A program made the position numbers and the translations under genes. From NCBI GenBank assembly GCA_045659405.1, contig JAZOWX010000033.1:4205-68204 (forward strand): DNA of 64,000 nt, read 5' to 3'. Under the pieces are notes generated by a model that saw only the letters and a list, made by a program, of their open reading frames with translations, did not search any database and was not told where the DNA came from. This stretch comes from Eubacteriales bacterium. GTDB taxonomy: Bacteria; Bacillota; Clostridia; Oscillospirales; CAG-272. Shown in pieces: positions 18,201 to 30,100 of this stretch; position 1 is the first letter of the stretch; the number at the start of each line of letters is the position of its first letter.

Positions 18201-19823
18201 ATGCAAGAGAAATTTATCAGCCTTTTATATCCCGACGAGTCATCACAGATGTTCCATTCGGACAGACGCAATCTGCCGAATATATCCGAGCAGGTTTGTG
18301 ACGAGCTGGGGCTTAATGAAATATTCGATCTGAAAAACAGCGAGCTTTCGGATTTCTTTACCGCCGACCCCGACGTTATTGCATACCGTCAAGCGGTGAT
18401 TTCGGATATGATGAATATACCCGAGCTTAAGGAAATGCTCGGCAGAGTTCAGCCGATACTTGACGATATACTTGAGCTTCAGCGCCTTGAGGCGGACAGC
18501 TCTTCGGCGGGTGACTCTTATCTTTACAGCATAACCGAGATTGAGCTTTACGTTTCCTGCATAGATGCCTTGCACGACGGATTTGCGAAAATTGCTGACA
18601 GACTTGCGAGTCCTGCATTCCGTCAGCTCTCCGACTACATTTCCGAGCTTTCGGACTCGGAGTATTACCGAGAGCTTGTAAAGCGGTTGGCGGCGCTTTC
18701 CTCACGTGTCAGAGAGGTGCGCAGTATTACCGTGGGTGTAAATCTTGACAGAGAGCTTCGTCCTGAAAGTGCCGGTGTTATCTCGATAAATTCCGAGCAG
18801 TTCAAGTCGGGAAAGATGCTTGACAAAATACTCCGTATGTCCTTTAAGAACGATGCATATACCTGCATTGCGGATCTTACACCGTTTGGTAAGGGGCAGA
18901 GTGAAAACAGGCAGGAGGCGCTTATCGGCGCATTCAACTCGGCTATTGAGGACGTGTTTAAAAGCTCGGTGCGAGGTTGGCGCTCGATAGTGGGTGATTA
19001 CGTCCTTGACAATACCGACTTTCTTCTTAAGCTTGCGCCGGAAATTGAGTTTGTAAGCCGTGCTGTGGAGCTTTTACACCGTCTTACCGACGTTAAAGGC
19101 GAGAAAATAACCGTGCCGATTACAGCACCTATCGGGGAAAAAGCATTTTCGGCAAAGGGAATTTACAATCCCCGTGTGGCGCTTGCGGTTGATGATGCTA
19201 TGGTGCTTAATGACGTTGAGTTCGACGACGATGCGAGGATATACGTTATAACAGGCCCTAACCGAGGCGGAAAATCGGTTATAACAGTGGCTGTCGGAGC
19301 GGCGCAGGCTATGTATCAGCTCGGACTTCCGGTTGCGGCAGAATCCGCAAGAATATCTGCGGTTGACGGAATCTTTACGCATTTCCCCGAGGGCGCTGAC
19401 GACACGATTGATAAGGGACGACTCGGTGAGGAATGTGCGCGTCTTGGAGAAATATTCGCAGATGCATCGGGCGACAGTATGATACTGCTCGACGAGTCGC
19501 TTTCGTCAACCGGTGCTTACGAGGCATCGTATATAGCTTCCGAGATACTTACGGGATTTGCGGTGCTTGGCTGTCGCGGAATATTTTCCACTCACCTGCA
19601 CGAGCTTGCGGCAAACATTCCCGATATCAACGCTCGCTCGAGGGAAATGGGCGGTGTTATGACAGACACGCTTGTTGCGGGTATCGAGGAGGGGGAGCGC
19701 TCGTTCAAAATTTACAGAGCGAAGCCCGACGGTAAGTCGTATGCCCGTGATATTGCCAACAAATACGGTCTTTCGTTTGAGAGCATAATGAAAAGTAAAA
19801 ACATAGGGAGGGATAAGTCGTGA
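18201..19823 (+). CDS. MutS-related ATPase (MutS domain V only, no mismatch-binding domain)
   Basis: Walker A ITGPNRGGKS, Walker B MILLDESLSSTG and STHLHEL motifs in the C-terminal half. The N-terminal ~300 aa is not recognisable. Confidence 0.8.
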   Translation: MQEKFISLLYPDESSQMFHSDRRNLPNISEQVCDELGLNEIFDLKNSELSDFFTADPDVIAYRQAVISDMMNIPELKEMLGRVQPILDDILELQRLEADSSSAGDSYLYSITEIELYVSCIDALHDGFAKIADRLASPAFRQLSDYISELSDSEYYRELVKRLAALSSRVREVRSITVGVNLDRELRPESAGVISINSEQFKSGKMLDKILRMSFKNDAYTCIADLTPFGKGQSENRQEALIGAFNSAIEDVFKSSVRGWRSIVGDYVLDNTDFLLKLAPEIEFVSRAVELLHRLTDVKGEKITVPITAPIGEKAFSAKGIYNPRVALAVDDAMVLNDVEFDDDARIYVITGPNRGGKSVITVAVGAAQAMYQLGLPVAAESARISAVDGIFTHFPEGADDTIDKGRLGEECARLGEIFADASGDSMILLDESLSSTGAYEASYIASEILTGFAVLGCRGIFSTHLHELAANIPDINARSREMGGVMTDTLVAGIEEGERSFKIYRAKPDGKSYARDIANKYGLSFESIMKSKNIGRDKS

Positions 19824-20680
19824 GTATGGTTATAGGAATAGACGTCGGCGGCTCGACAACTAAAATCGTCGGCATAAGACAGACCGATAACGCCACGTCG
19901 CTTATCGAGCCTCAATTTGTTCGTGCAAACGACCCGATGACGTCAACCTACGGCGCTTTCGGAAAGTTTACGGACGAAAACAGAATACAGATATCCGACG
20001 TGGACAGAGTTATGATGACCGGTGTGGGTTCATCTCATATAAAGCGAAATCTTTACGGCCTTGAATGCCGTAAGGTGGAGGAATTCCAAGCTATTGGCAG
20101 GGGCGGCCTCTATCTTTCGGGACTGGATGATGCGATAGTCGTCAGCATGGGCACGGGAACTGCCATAGTCCATGCAAAATCAGGCGGACGTATGACCTAT
20201 CTCGGCGGTACGGGCGTAGGCGGCGGAACGCTTATGGGACTTTCAAAGCTTATGCTTTCGGCTGAAAGTGTTGAGCATATAGAGGAATATGCGGATACAG
20301 GCTCGCTTGCAAACGTGGACCTGCGCATAAAGGATATAACTGCCGATTCGAAAAGCACGGGACTCAATGCCGAGCTTACGGCTTCGAATTTCGGAAACGT
20401 TTCGGATATAGCCACCAAGGGCGATATAGCTCTCGGAATTCTCAATATGGTTTACGAAACGATAGCGATGACGTCAATATTTGCCGCTCGCTCACGTGGG
20501 GTGCGTGATATCGTGCTTACGGGAAACCTCACGATAATCGGTTATTGCCGAAAGAAATTCGAGGAATTCAATCACCTTGGCTACGGTGTGAATTTTGTAA
20601 TACCGAAGCTTGCTCAATTTGCTACTGCGATTGGTACGGCGCTTGTCGGCTTGGATGAGAGCTCGGAGGAGTCCGTATGA
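19820..20680 (+). CDS. coaW: type II pantothenate kinase-like ASKHA-fold kinase
   Basis: GIDVGGSTTKIV, MGTGTA, GGTGVGGGTLMGL, ELTASNFG and ATAIGTAL line up with the S. aureus CoaW motifs as I remember them. The GTG start overlaps the upstream stop (GTGA). Confidence 0.7.
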   Translation: MSMVIGIDVGGSTTKIVGIRQTDNATSLIEPQFVRANDPMTSTYGAFGKFTDENRIQISDVDRVMMTGVGSSHIKRNLYGLECRKVEEFQAIGRGGLYLSGLDDAIVVSMGTGTAIVHAKSGGRMTYLGGTGVGGGTLMGLSKLMLSAESVEHIEEYADTGSLANVDLRIKDITADSKSTGLNAELTASNFGNVSDIATKGDIALGILNMVYETIAMTSIFAARSRGVRDIVLTGNLTIIGYCRKKFEEFNHLGYGVNFVIPKLAQFATAIGTALVGLDESSEESV

Positions 20681-21102
20681 ACATACTTCGATTTATGATA
20701 CCGAAGAGCTTGGTTTCGTACGTGGAAGTTGATAATACGGTAAGGCAGGCGCTTGAGAAAATGCGCTTTCACAGATATGCGGCGATACCCGTGCTTGATA
20801 AGTCGGGAAAATACGTCGGAACTCTGCGAAACGACGACCTTTTTGAATACTTTTTAGACAGCGGAAATTTCAATTCCCGATCTGCGGAGAGGGATGAGGT
20901 TTCATTGATACTGCAGTCCGGATATAAGCCCGTGCATCATAATGCAACGATGAATGAGCTTATAGAAAACGTCAAGGAGCATAATTTTGTTCCGGTTGTT
21001 GACGATCGGGGCTGCTTCATAGGAATAATTTTACGACGGGATATTCTGAATTTCCTTTTGAGCAATTACAAAGAAAATCAGGGGTCCGATTTAGGGGGAT
21101 AA
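20677..21102 (+). CDS. CBS domain pair protein
   Basis: Two CBS-like units (AIPVLDKSGKYVGTL / FVPVVDDRGCFIGII). ATGA overlap with coaW and a GGAGGAG RBS. Confidence 0.8.
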   Translation: MNILRFMIPKSLVSYVEVDNTVRQALEKMRFHRYAAIPVLDKSGKYVGTLRNDDLFEYFLDSGNFNSRSAERDEVSLILQSGYKPVHHNATMNELIENVKEHNFVPVVDDRGCFIGIILRRDILNFLLSNYKENQGSDLGG

Positions 21103-21108
21103 AAATCG

Positions 21109-24100
21109 ATGTCAGATTTGACTAACATCAACGAAAACGAAGCCGTTAATGTCGGTGGGGCTTCGGAAAACAAGGAGCAGGGTGCGGCTGCGGATGCGGC
21201 GCAGCTTGCGTACCTTGTTTACGCAAGAAAATACAGAAAGAAGCTGCAGGCGGAAAAGCGAAAGGCGGCAAAAGCGGCGGCAGAGGCCAAGGAAGCTGAA
21301 GCTGCAGAAGCAGCGGCGGAAGAAGCTTCCACCGAGATGCCCGAATCTGCGTCCGCTGTGGAAAACGAGCTGCCCGTAGCAGAGGCTGCGCCCGAACAGC
21401 AGTCGGAGCAGATGCCAAAGCCGCAGGATGAGGAAGCTCTCGCTGACGGTCAAGCACAGCAGGCGGCAGAGGATAATCAGGAAGCTGCCGAAGATGCGGC
21501 AGAGCCTGAAAAAACCGACAATGACAATAACGTAGAGGACGAGCGCAAATCTGATGCGTCCGTATCCGAGGCTACACCTACCGAAGCAGAGGCAGAGCCT
21601 GAAGCAGAAGCTGCGCCCGAAACGGAAACTGCGCCCGAGACGTCTGAAACCGAGAATTCTTCCCCTGATTTCTCGGATGATTCGGATATGGTCATCAAGG
21701 TGGACAGCGAGCCGCAGAAGAAGAAAAATACACTTGACGGCATTGATATGGATCTCAACATTGGCGAACCCGAAGAGCCGGAAGAGCCCCAAAATGAGAA
21801 GAATACACTTGACGGTGTTGATATGGATCTCAATATGGGAGAGCTTGCATCTGCTCCCACCCCCGGACAGATGCCGAGAAATCCCGATGACGGTATGACG
21901 ATTCGCATTGATGAGCAGATAAAGGAAAACGAAAATCTTATTAATATAAGCGCAAGAGTTTATCCCGAAGCGGCATTCGATTCTCTTATGAGAGAAAAAG
22001 CCGCTATCACCAAGATGATAGACGACCATTACAATGCTTATGCTGATGAAATGGAGCGCCTCAGAAAGAAGCATATGTTCCTTCGCATGGATGCAACCGC
22101 AAGAGCGGCTGCAGAGCGCAGCGAGGAATTCAAGCTTCTTCAGCAAGAGGAGGAGCGTTACAACCGTGAGGTTAAGGATCTTGAACGCCGCCGTGACGAG
22201 GCTGCGAAGACATATCTTGACCGCAAGGCCGACCTTGAGCGCATCATAGATGAATTTGATGCAAAGAAGCGTGATATGGATACCCTTGCCGGTGCAGCGC
22301 AGAGAATAGCTGCCGGCGCGGCGGACGTTACTTCCGCAATCGCAAACGGACTTGCGCAGAGCGGATTTGACAGCAATGCCGCAAGAGCAGAGGCGGCTGT
22401 TGCCAATGCCAACCTCGAAAAGGAGCGTGCTGTTGCCGCAGCAGTCCTTGAAAAGGAAAAGGCACTTGCAGATGCAAGGCTTGAAGCCGAAAAGAGAGCT
22501 GCTGCCGAAGCAAGGCTTGAAGCTGAAAAGAAAGCTGCTGCCGAAGCAAGACTTGCGGCTGAAAAGAAAGCCGCCGAGGCAAAGCCCGAAGCCGCACGTG
22601 CCTCTGACGAAAAGGCAAAAGAGCCTGCCGTTAAGACAGCGCCTATGGATACAAAGGGTCAAGGACTCGAGGCTGCCGAGCCCGAAAAGAGCAAGCCTGC
22701 GGGTCACGTAGTAGTGCCGGGTGCTATCGACAAGGCGCGTGATGATGCACAGCTTCAGAAAAAGCTTGCCGAGCGCTTAAGCGAGCCTAAACGTATAGAA
22801 GTAGAGCCGAAGGACCTTCCTGCGTATATCGCATCTGCGGAAAAGGATCTTTCCAAGCTTGATAAAGAATACAAAAAACTTGAAAACGCAGCGCCTAAAA
22901 CCGAGGCGGAGCGTATAGAAAACGCAGTAGACCGTCTTGGTGTAAGGCGTCGTGCGGTTGAGCGAATGACGGATAAGCTTCTCGCTTGCAGAGCCGCAGG
23001 CGCACCCACGTCTGTGTGCGAAAAGCACAGAGACGAGCTTGGCTCGGCTGTCGCACGCTATAATGCGGACGTTGACGGGTACAAAGCTCTTACAGGTCAC
23101 GAGCTTACCCGTGCCGAGTCTGATATGGCAGAGCGTGTTTTGCGTGGAGAGCCTTATCAGCAGTTGCCCGTCATAAAGTCTCGTAACGAGGTGGTTTCAA
23201 AGGAGGACGGCAAGCCTGTTGAGGATGCCGCACCTGCGGATATAGAGAATGCACCGCTTAAGGTAGATACTGTTGTAGATAACAGACGTCAGCGCAGCGC
23301 TGATGCTGAAGATAGAGTGAGCGAGCGCACACCTGATGAAGGCTACGCAAAGGAGCAGGGTGAAGACCGTCTGCCCCAGGGCGAGTATGCCGACGTCTCG
23401 GGCGCAAAGAAAAAGCCGAGTGCGCTTGACGGACTTTCCAAGCGTGAGATACGCAGAAGAATGAATGCCGAGAAGGCGGCTCTTCGTGAGCAGTCGCTCG
23501 AGCTTGCCGAGTCTGCAAAGAAAAATGCCGCAAAATCCAAGGAGGCTGCAAAGCTTGCCAAGCATGGCAGCAAAGAAGAACGCCAAAAGAACAAAGAGGA
23601 AGCGATTGAGTATGCTAAACGCAGTGCGGCAGACGAAGCGCTTTCCAAGGAAAAGGCACAGACCGAAAAGTCTTTGAAGACACTCAAGGATTACGAGAAA
23701 TACCTGCTTGACCGTGAGGCGTTGGATGCTGTCGCAGAGCCTGATACCTCGGCTTACGACAAGGCGCTCGAAGCTCGCAAGGCTGATGAAGAAAGGGTTC
23801 TTCGTGAGCTTGAAAGAGAAGATCAGGATCTCGAGAGCCTTGCACGTACCGACGAGCTTGATGAGGCTGTTGCCGAGGAGGATGCGGAGCTTCAGCGTCA
23901 GCTTTCCGAATACCGTAATGAGCAGATAAAAAGAGCAGACGTTGATCTTGCCGGCTTATCTTCATATCTTGAATCGACTCAAAAGGATCTTGATGAGCTT
24001 GATAAGCAGTATAAGGAGCTTGAGGCGCAGGAGCCGGCAAATGATGCCGAGCGCATAGAAAATGCCGTAGCTCGACTTGGCGTAAAGCGCGGTGTTGTTG

Positions 24101-27100
24101 AAAAAATGACAGATAAGCTCCTTGCTTGTAAGGGAGCGGGTGCGCCGAGCGCTGTTTGCGAAAAGCACAAAAACGAGCTTAACGATTCTGCGGAGCAGTA
24201 CAATTCAATAGTTGACGAGTACAAGGCTCTGACAGGTCACGACCTCACACGTGCAAAGACCGATATGGCAGACCGTATTCTTCGTGGCGAGGAGTATCAG
24301 CTGCTGCCTGTTGTCAAGTCGCGCCATGAGGTGCTCTCGACAGAAGACGGACAGCCGGTTGATAACGTTTTGTCCTCCGATGCCGAAGGTGCGCCTATAA
24401 AGATAGATACCGTCGTTGACGGAAAGCATCAGCTTACCGAAGAGGTCGAGCCGAACAAGGAAGACGGCACAGGAAAAGACGCAACCGTTATTATGACGGA
24501 AAAGGAAATTCCCGCCTTCTTCAAAAAGCAGAAACAAAAAGAGGAAAAGCTTCGTGAGCGTGACAGCGTTCTTGCAACGCTTAATCCGGATAATACCGAG
24601 GATAGAATAGCTGTTATCGTTGAGCGTCTGGGAACACAGCGTGAGCTTGTAGACAGTCTTTCAAAGGATATGAAGCTTGCTGTAAAGACGGGTGATAAAA
24701 AGAAAACACGCTCCTACAAAAAGCAGCTTACCTCTCACATAAATCAATATAATAATCTCGCCGATGAATATGAACGCATTACGGGCAACTCGCTCACACG
24801 TGCGGACAAAAACATTCCGGGTTACATAATGAGGGGCGAGAAATATAAGCCTATTCCCGTATTGACCTACCGCAAGGAAGCGCCCGACGGAACTCTGCTT
24901 TCGGATAGTCTCGGAGCAGGCACGACCTGCGGCGCTGCGTATTCGCTTATTCCCGAAAGACAAAGACGTGAGCTTGAAAAGCGCGGTGTCATAGAAAAGA
25001 AGAAGGCAACCTCCATAGAGGGACTTTCAAAGAAGGAAGCAAGAGAGCGTTTGAAGGCGGAGAAGGCCGCTCTTCACGAGGAGTATCTCGCTCTTGCCGA
25101 ATCAGCGAAGAAAAATGCCGCAAAATCTGCCGAGGCTGAAAAGCTTGCAAAGAAGGGCAGTAAGGAAGAGCGTGAAGCTCACCTGGCAGAGGCTGCCGAG
25201 TACGCTAATCGCAGTGCAACCGAGGAAGCGCTCGCAAGGCAGAAGGCACAGACAGAAAAAGACTTGAGAACGCTCAAGGATTACGAAAATTATCTGATTG
25301 AGCGTGAAAAGGCTGCAGAGCTTTCCCGAGCACGTGAGGAAGAATATCGGGCAGCTCTCAGCGCAGTACAAAAAGAGCCTACCGAGGAAATGCTCGAATA
25401 CGAGCGCTTTAGAAAGCTCGACAAAAAACAAAAGCGCGAAAAGCTTAAAGAAGAGAAGAAAAAGCTCTTCGAGGCGGCGCGTGATGACGAAGACAAAGCA
25501 AAGCTTGTCGCACAGCAGGCAAAGGAAGAAAGAAAGCTTGCAAAGCGCGGAACACGTGAAGAGCGTGCAGAGCACAGAGCAGAGGCTGATAAGCTTGAAG
25601 CGAAAGCAAAGCAGGCGAGCGAGGATGCAAAAAATGCCAAGGAAACGGCAATAGCGCTCAAAAACGAAAAGGATTATGAGCGTTACCTCAAGGGACGTGC
25701 AGAGCGCGCGGAAATCCGCCGCCGTGAAGAAGAGGTAGCAAAGAGCGCAAGAGAAAAAGCACCCGAAACGCTTGATGAGCAAGAAATCGCAGAGCAGACC
25801 GAAAAGAGCGATGCTCTTATCTCGCAGGCTGATACCGAGGAAATCGTTCATTCGAAGATTGACGATGAAGAAGCAGCTCCGAGCGGTGAAGCTGCGGAAG
25901 AGTCGGCTTATTCAAGAGATTCCGCTGATGAGGCTTTGAGTAGTGAAGCTTCAAGCGATGCGGCACAGGCAGCAGTTGAAAGCTTCAGACAGCTTTCTGC
26001 GCAAGAGCAGGAGCAACAGATTGACGAGGATAAAAAGCTCCTTCTTGAGGAAGCTCGTGTAAACGAGGAAAAGGCAAGCCTTGCCGAGGAGCAGGCCCAG
26101 AAGGAAAGAGAGCTTTCAAAGAGCGGAACTCCCGCAGAGCGTGATGCGCACAAGGCAGAGGCAGAAAGACTGCTTAACAAGAGCGCAGAGTATAGCCTTG
26201 CCGCACAGAGGAGCGCAGCGCTTGCTGATGAAATTTCATCCACCGAGGCTTACGAAAGCTATCTTTCAGGGGTTGCATCGGGTGACGGTCAAATCAGACC
26301 TTACGGTATGTCAAATGATGAAGCCTACGAGACTATGGAAGCCGCAAAACGGCAGATAGGCTCTACCGACAAGGCGCTTGCAAGAGCAGAGCTTGAGGAG
26401 TTTATGAGTCTTTCCGCTAAAGAAAAGCGGGACGTAGTAGAGCAGAAGAAGCGCGCACTTCTCGAAGAGGCTCAAAATAATAAGGAAAAGGCGGAGCTTA
26501 TTTCCGAGCAGGCAAAGGAAGAAAGAAAGCTTTCAAAGAGCGGAACACGCACCGAGCGCACCGCACATAGAGCAGAGGCTGAAAGACTTGATAAGATTGC
26601 AGAAGACGCTCGTGAAAAAGCAAAAGCGGCAAAAGCGGCAGCTAAATCCTTCAAAAACAAGAACGACTATCAGGAATACCTGCAAATGCGTGCGCAGATA
26701 GAGGAATCCTTGTTCAAGAAGAATGAGGAAGCCTTCGACGCAAAAGTAAAATCAATTACCCCCGCAGCATATTACGGCGAATCCGAGCTTGATGAGTTCA
26801 AAAATCTCTCTCGCAGAGAAAAGAGAGAAAAAATCAAGAGCGAGAAGCTTGCGCTGCTTGAGGGAGTACGTGCAAACGAAGAACGGGCAAGGCTTGCGCT
26901 TGAGCGTGAAAGAGAAGAAAGAAAGCTCGCAAGACGCGGTACACGTGCCGAGCGTGCAGAGCATGCAGCGGAGGCTGAAAGACTTCGCAAGATAGCCGAG
27001 GATGCCGAGGAAAAAGCAAGAATAGCAAAGCGTGAAGCAAGGTTGCTCAAAGAAGAGGGCGACTACGTTGATTATTTGACAAGACGTGATGCGATTACTG

Positions 27101-30100
27101 AAAGCTTCGACGAGGAAGACTCTGTTAAGAGCGTGTCGGGCGAGACCGCAGAAATATCTTCGACTGACGAGGCGGTAGACGTTGCGGATGCGGCAGCAGC
27201 TGCGCCTGCAGAAGCATCAACCTCACAAACCGACACCGAAGAAGCAATTTCGGAAAAAGCACACGAGACAGAGCTTGAAAAATTCAGAAAGCTCACAGAA
27301 GATGAGCAGCTGGAAAGAATCAACGAGGCAAGAATTCGTCTTCTTGAGGAAGCACGTGCCAATGACGAAAATGCCAGAATGGCAGAGGACGCTGCGAGAA
27401 GAGAATACAGACTTTCACAGCAGGTAGCGCCCGAGGAGCGTGATTTCCACAGAGCTGAAGCGGACAGACTTGTACGCAGAAGCGAAGAATTCCAGAAGGC
27501 AGCGGAGCTTGGTATAAAGACCGTAAAAGAGCTTGACAGCCGCAGTGCTTATGAAAAACACCTGACTGCCAAACTCGCAAAGGATACCGATGAGGACGGT
27601 CAGATTAAGCCTTACGGCATGACCGATAAGGAAGCTTACGAGAGCATGCTTTCCGCAAAGCGTTATGCGGCTAATTCTACCGATAGGGCGCTTGCAAAGG
27701 CAGAGCTTGAGGAATTCAGCAAGCTTTCGCTCAGCGAAAAACGTGCGAAAATCGAAGAAGAAAAGCTTGCGCTTCTGAAAGAAGCACGTGAGAATGCGGA
27801 AAAGGCAAAGCTCGCAGCAGAAAAGGCAAAGGAAGAAAAGAAGCTTGCCAAGCGAGGAAGCCGTGCAGAGCGTGCCGAGCATGAGGCAAATGCTGAAAGA
27901 CTTGAAAAGAGTGCGGATAACGCTAATGAAAGCGCAAAGACCGCAAGGCAGACTGCGGCACTTCTGAAGAGCCAGGAGGATTACAAGAATTACCTGGCAA
28001 TGCGTGCGCAGGTCGAGAAATTCATTCAGGAAAGCGAAGTAGCAAAGAGCGCAAGGCGCGACGCTGAAATCGTTTCTGCAATTGAAAATACAGAGCTTGG
28101 TAAATTCAGACGTCTTTCCGCACAGGCAAAGAAGGAAAGAATCAAAGAAGAAAGACTTGCTCTGCTTGAGGATGCTCGTGAAATCGAGAAGCAGGCAAGA
28201 ATTGCAAAAGAGGAAGCTGCGATAGAAGCAAGGCTTTCGAGGCTCGGAACAGACGAGGAGCGTGTAGCACACGAGGCAAGAGCAGATGTCCTTTCGAAGG
28301 AAAGTGATGAAAACAGCAAAATTGCCGAGTCGATAGTACAGACCGCAAAGGAAATAGGCGATATAACCGCCTATGAGAAATACCTCGCACTAAAAGAAGA
28401 AAAAGCGTTGGCTTCCGCAAAGCAGCGCAACGCAAGACGCAGAGATTTAAGCACTCTTGACGGACTTTCGGAGCGTGAGAAGAAGGCTCGTCTTATAGAG
28501 GAGCGCAATTTGCTTCTCAATGAGGCTGAAGCGTACGATGCCGAAGCGAAGATAAGCAAAGAAAACGCCAAGGCGGCGAAGTCTTCTGCGAGAAACGACA
28601 GATACCGTGAAAGAAGTGAAACGAGAGCCGAGCTTAAAGCGCTTTCGAAGCTTGCGGCAGAGCAGAAGCTTCAGGCTAAAGAAGCAAGAATAGCGGCAAA
28701 ATCGCTAAGGAGCGTAGCCGATTATGAAAAATACCTTGCTTCGGGTGCGGCGGCTAAAGCTGCGGCATACAAGAAGCCTGTCGGAGCCAATGCGGATTCT
28801 GCGATCAAGACCTACGGCTTGACCGATAAGGAAGCCTATGAAAGCATGGTTGCCGTCAAACGTATGGAGGCGGCTTCATCCGACAAGGTGCTTGCAAGAG
28901 CAGAGCTTGAGGACTTCAGAAAGCTTTCCACAAAAGAAAAGAAAGCAAAGATTAAGCAAGAAAAGGCTGCTCTTCTTGAGCAGGCGCGCGAGAGCGAGGC
29001 TGAAGCAAATCTTGCCGCTGTAAGGGCTAAAGAGGAAAAGAAGCTTGCAAAACGCGGAATGCGCGCAGAGCGTGCCGCGCACAAGGAAAAGGCTGATAAG
29101 CTTTCGCTGCGCAGCGTAGAGCTTGGACAGACTGCAAAGCAGCGCGCAAAGACTGCCAAGGAAATTAACAGTATATACGCTTACGAGAAGTATCTTGAAA
29201 ACAAGGTAGCTTCCATTCCTGCGTCTGAAGAAAAGCCGACCTCAAAGAGCTATAATAACGGACTCTCGCCGCTTGAGATGCAAAGGACTCTTAACGATGC
29301 GGCCATGGCAGAGCAAAGCATCTCGCAGATAACTGCACTCGATGAGTTTAATGCGCTCCCCGAGCGAGAGAAAAAGGCGAAAATTGCCGAGGAGCGTAAG
29401 CTTCTTCGTGACGTTGCCGACTCTCTTGATGCAGAGTCAAAGGCAAACAAGACGAGCGTAAGACAGACTAAGGCGCTCTCAAGACGTGATTTGTACATAG
29501 GCATTGAGGATTCGTTCAACGAATCCAAGCTGTTTGCGAAGCGCAGAGCAGAGCAGAAGCACCAGGCAAAGGAAGCAAGAAAGGCTGCAAGATCTCTTAA
29601 AACCGTAAATGATTACGAAAAGCATCTTGCTAAAGCAGAGCTTGCTGCAATTCACGAGGAAGAAAAAACACGTAAGGCTTTGGCTCACGAGATAAGTCTG
29701 CTCACAAACGTGCAGCCTGTAAGAGCTCGCAGTGCAGAGCCGTCTTATGAGGCGTACGACAGATATCTTGAAAAGCTTGAGATGGCTAAGGCTTACTCCA
29801 AAGAAGCAGAGCTTTCCGAGCGTCAAAAGAATGCTGCCGAGCAGACGCTCGCAAAGACAGAGCTTGAAAAGTTCAGAGCTCTTTCCCCGAAGAAACAGAA
29901 GGAAAGAATCAGAGAAGAGAAGCTTGAGCTGCTTGCACAGGCTCGTGAAAACGAGGAGCAGGCAAAGCTCAATGCCAAGATGGCAAACGAGGAAAGAAAG
30001 CTTGCAAAGCGTGGAAGCCGCGCGGAGCGTGTTAAGCACAAGTCCGAGGCTAACAAGCTTTCACGCAGAAGCGAAGAGTATGATATCGCTGCCAAGAATG

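Noticed and set aside
21112-22707. 531-aa antisense ORF, and many other 60-285-aa ORFs on both strands inside 21109-32394 (for example 25102-25851, 27415-28272, 29479-30039 and 31246-31794).
   Set aside because: They lie entirely within the giant sense ORF. The sense strand is built from GAA/AAG/GCA/GAG-type codons whose complements rarely form stops, so long antisense and off-frame ORFs are expected by chance. Their translations are Cys/Leu/Phe/Ser-rich nonsense with no RBS.
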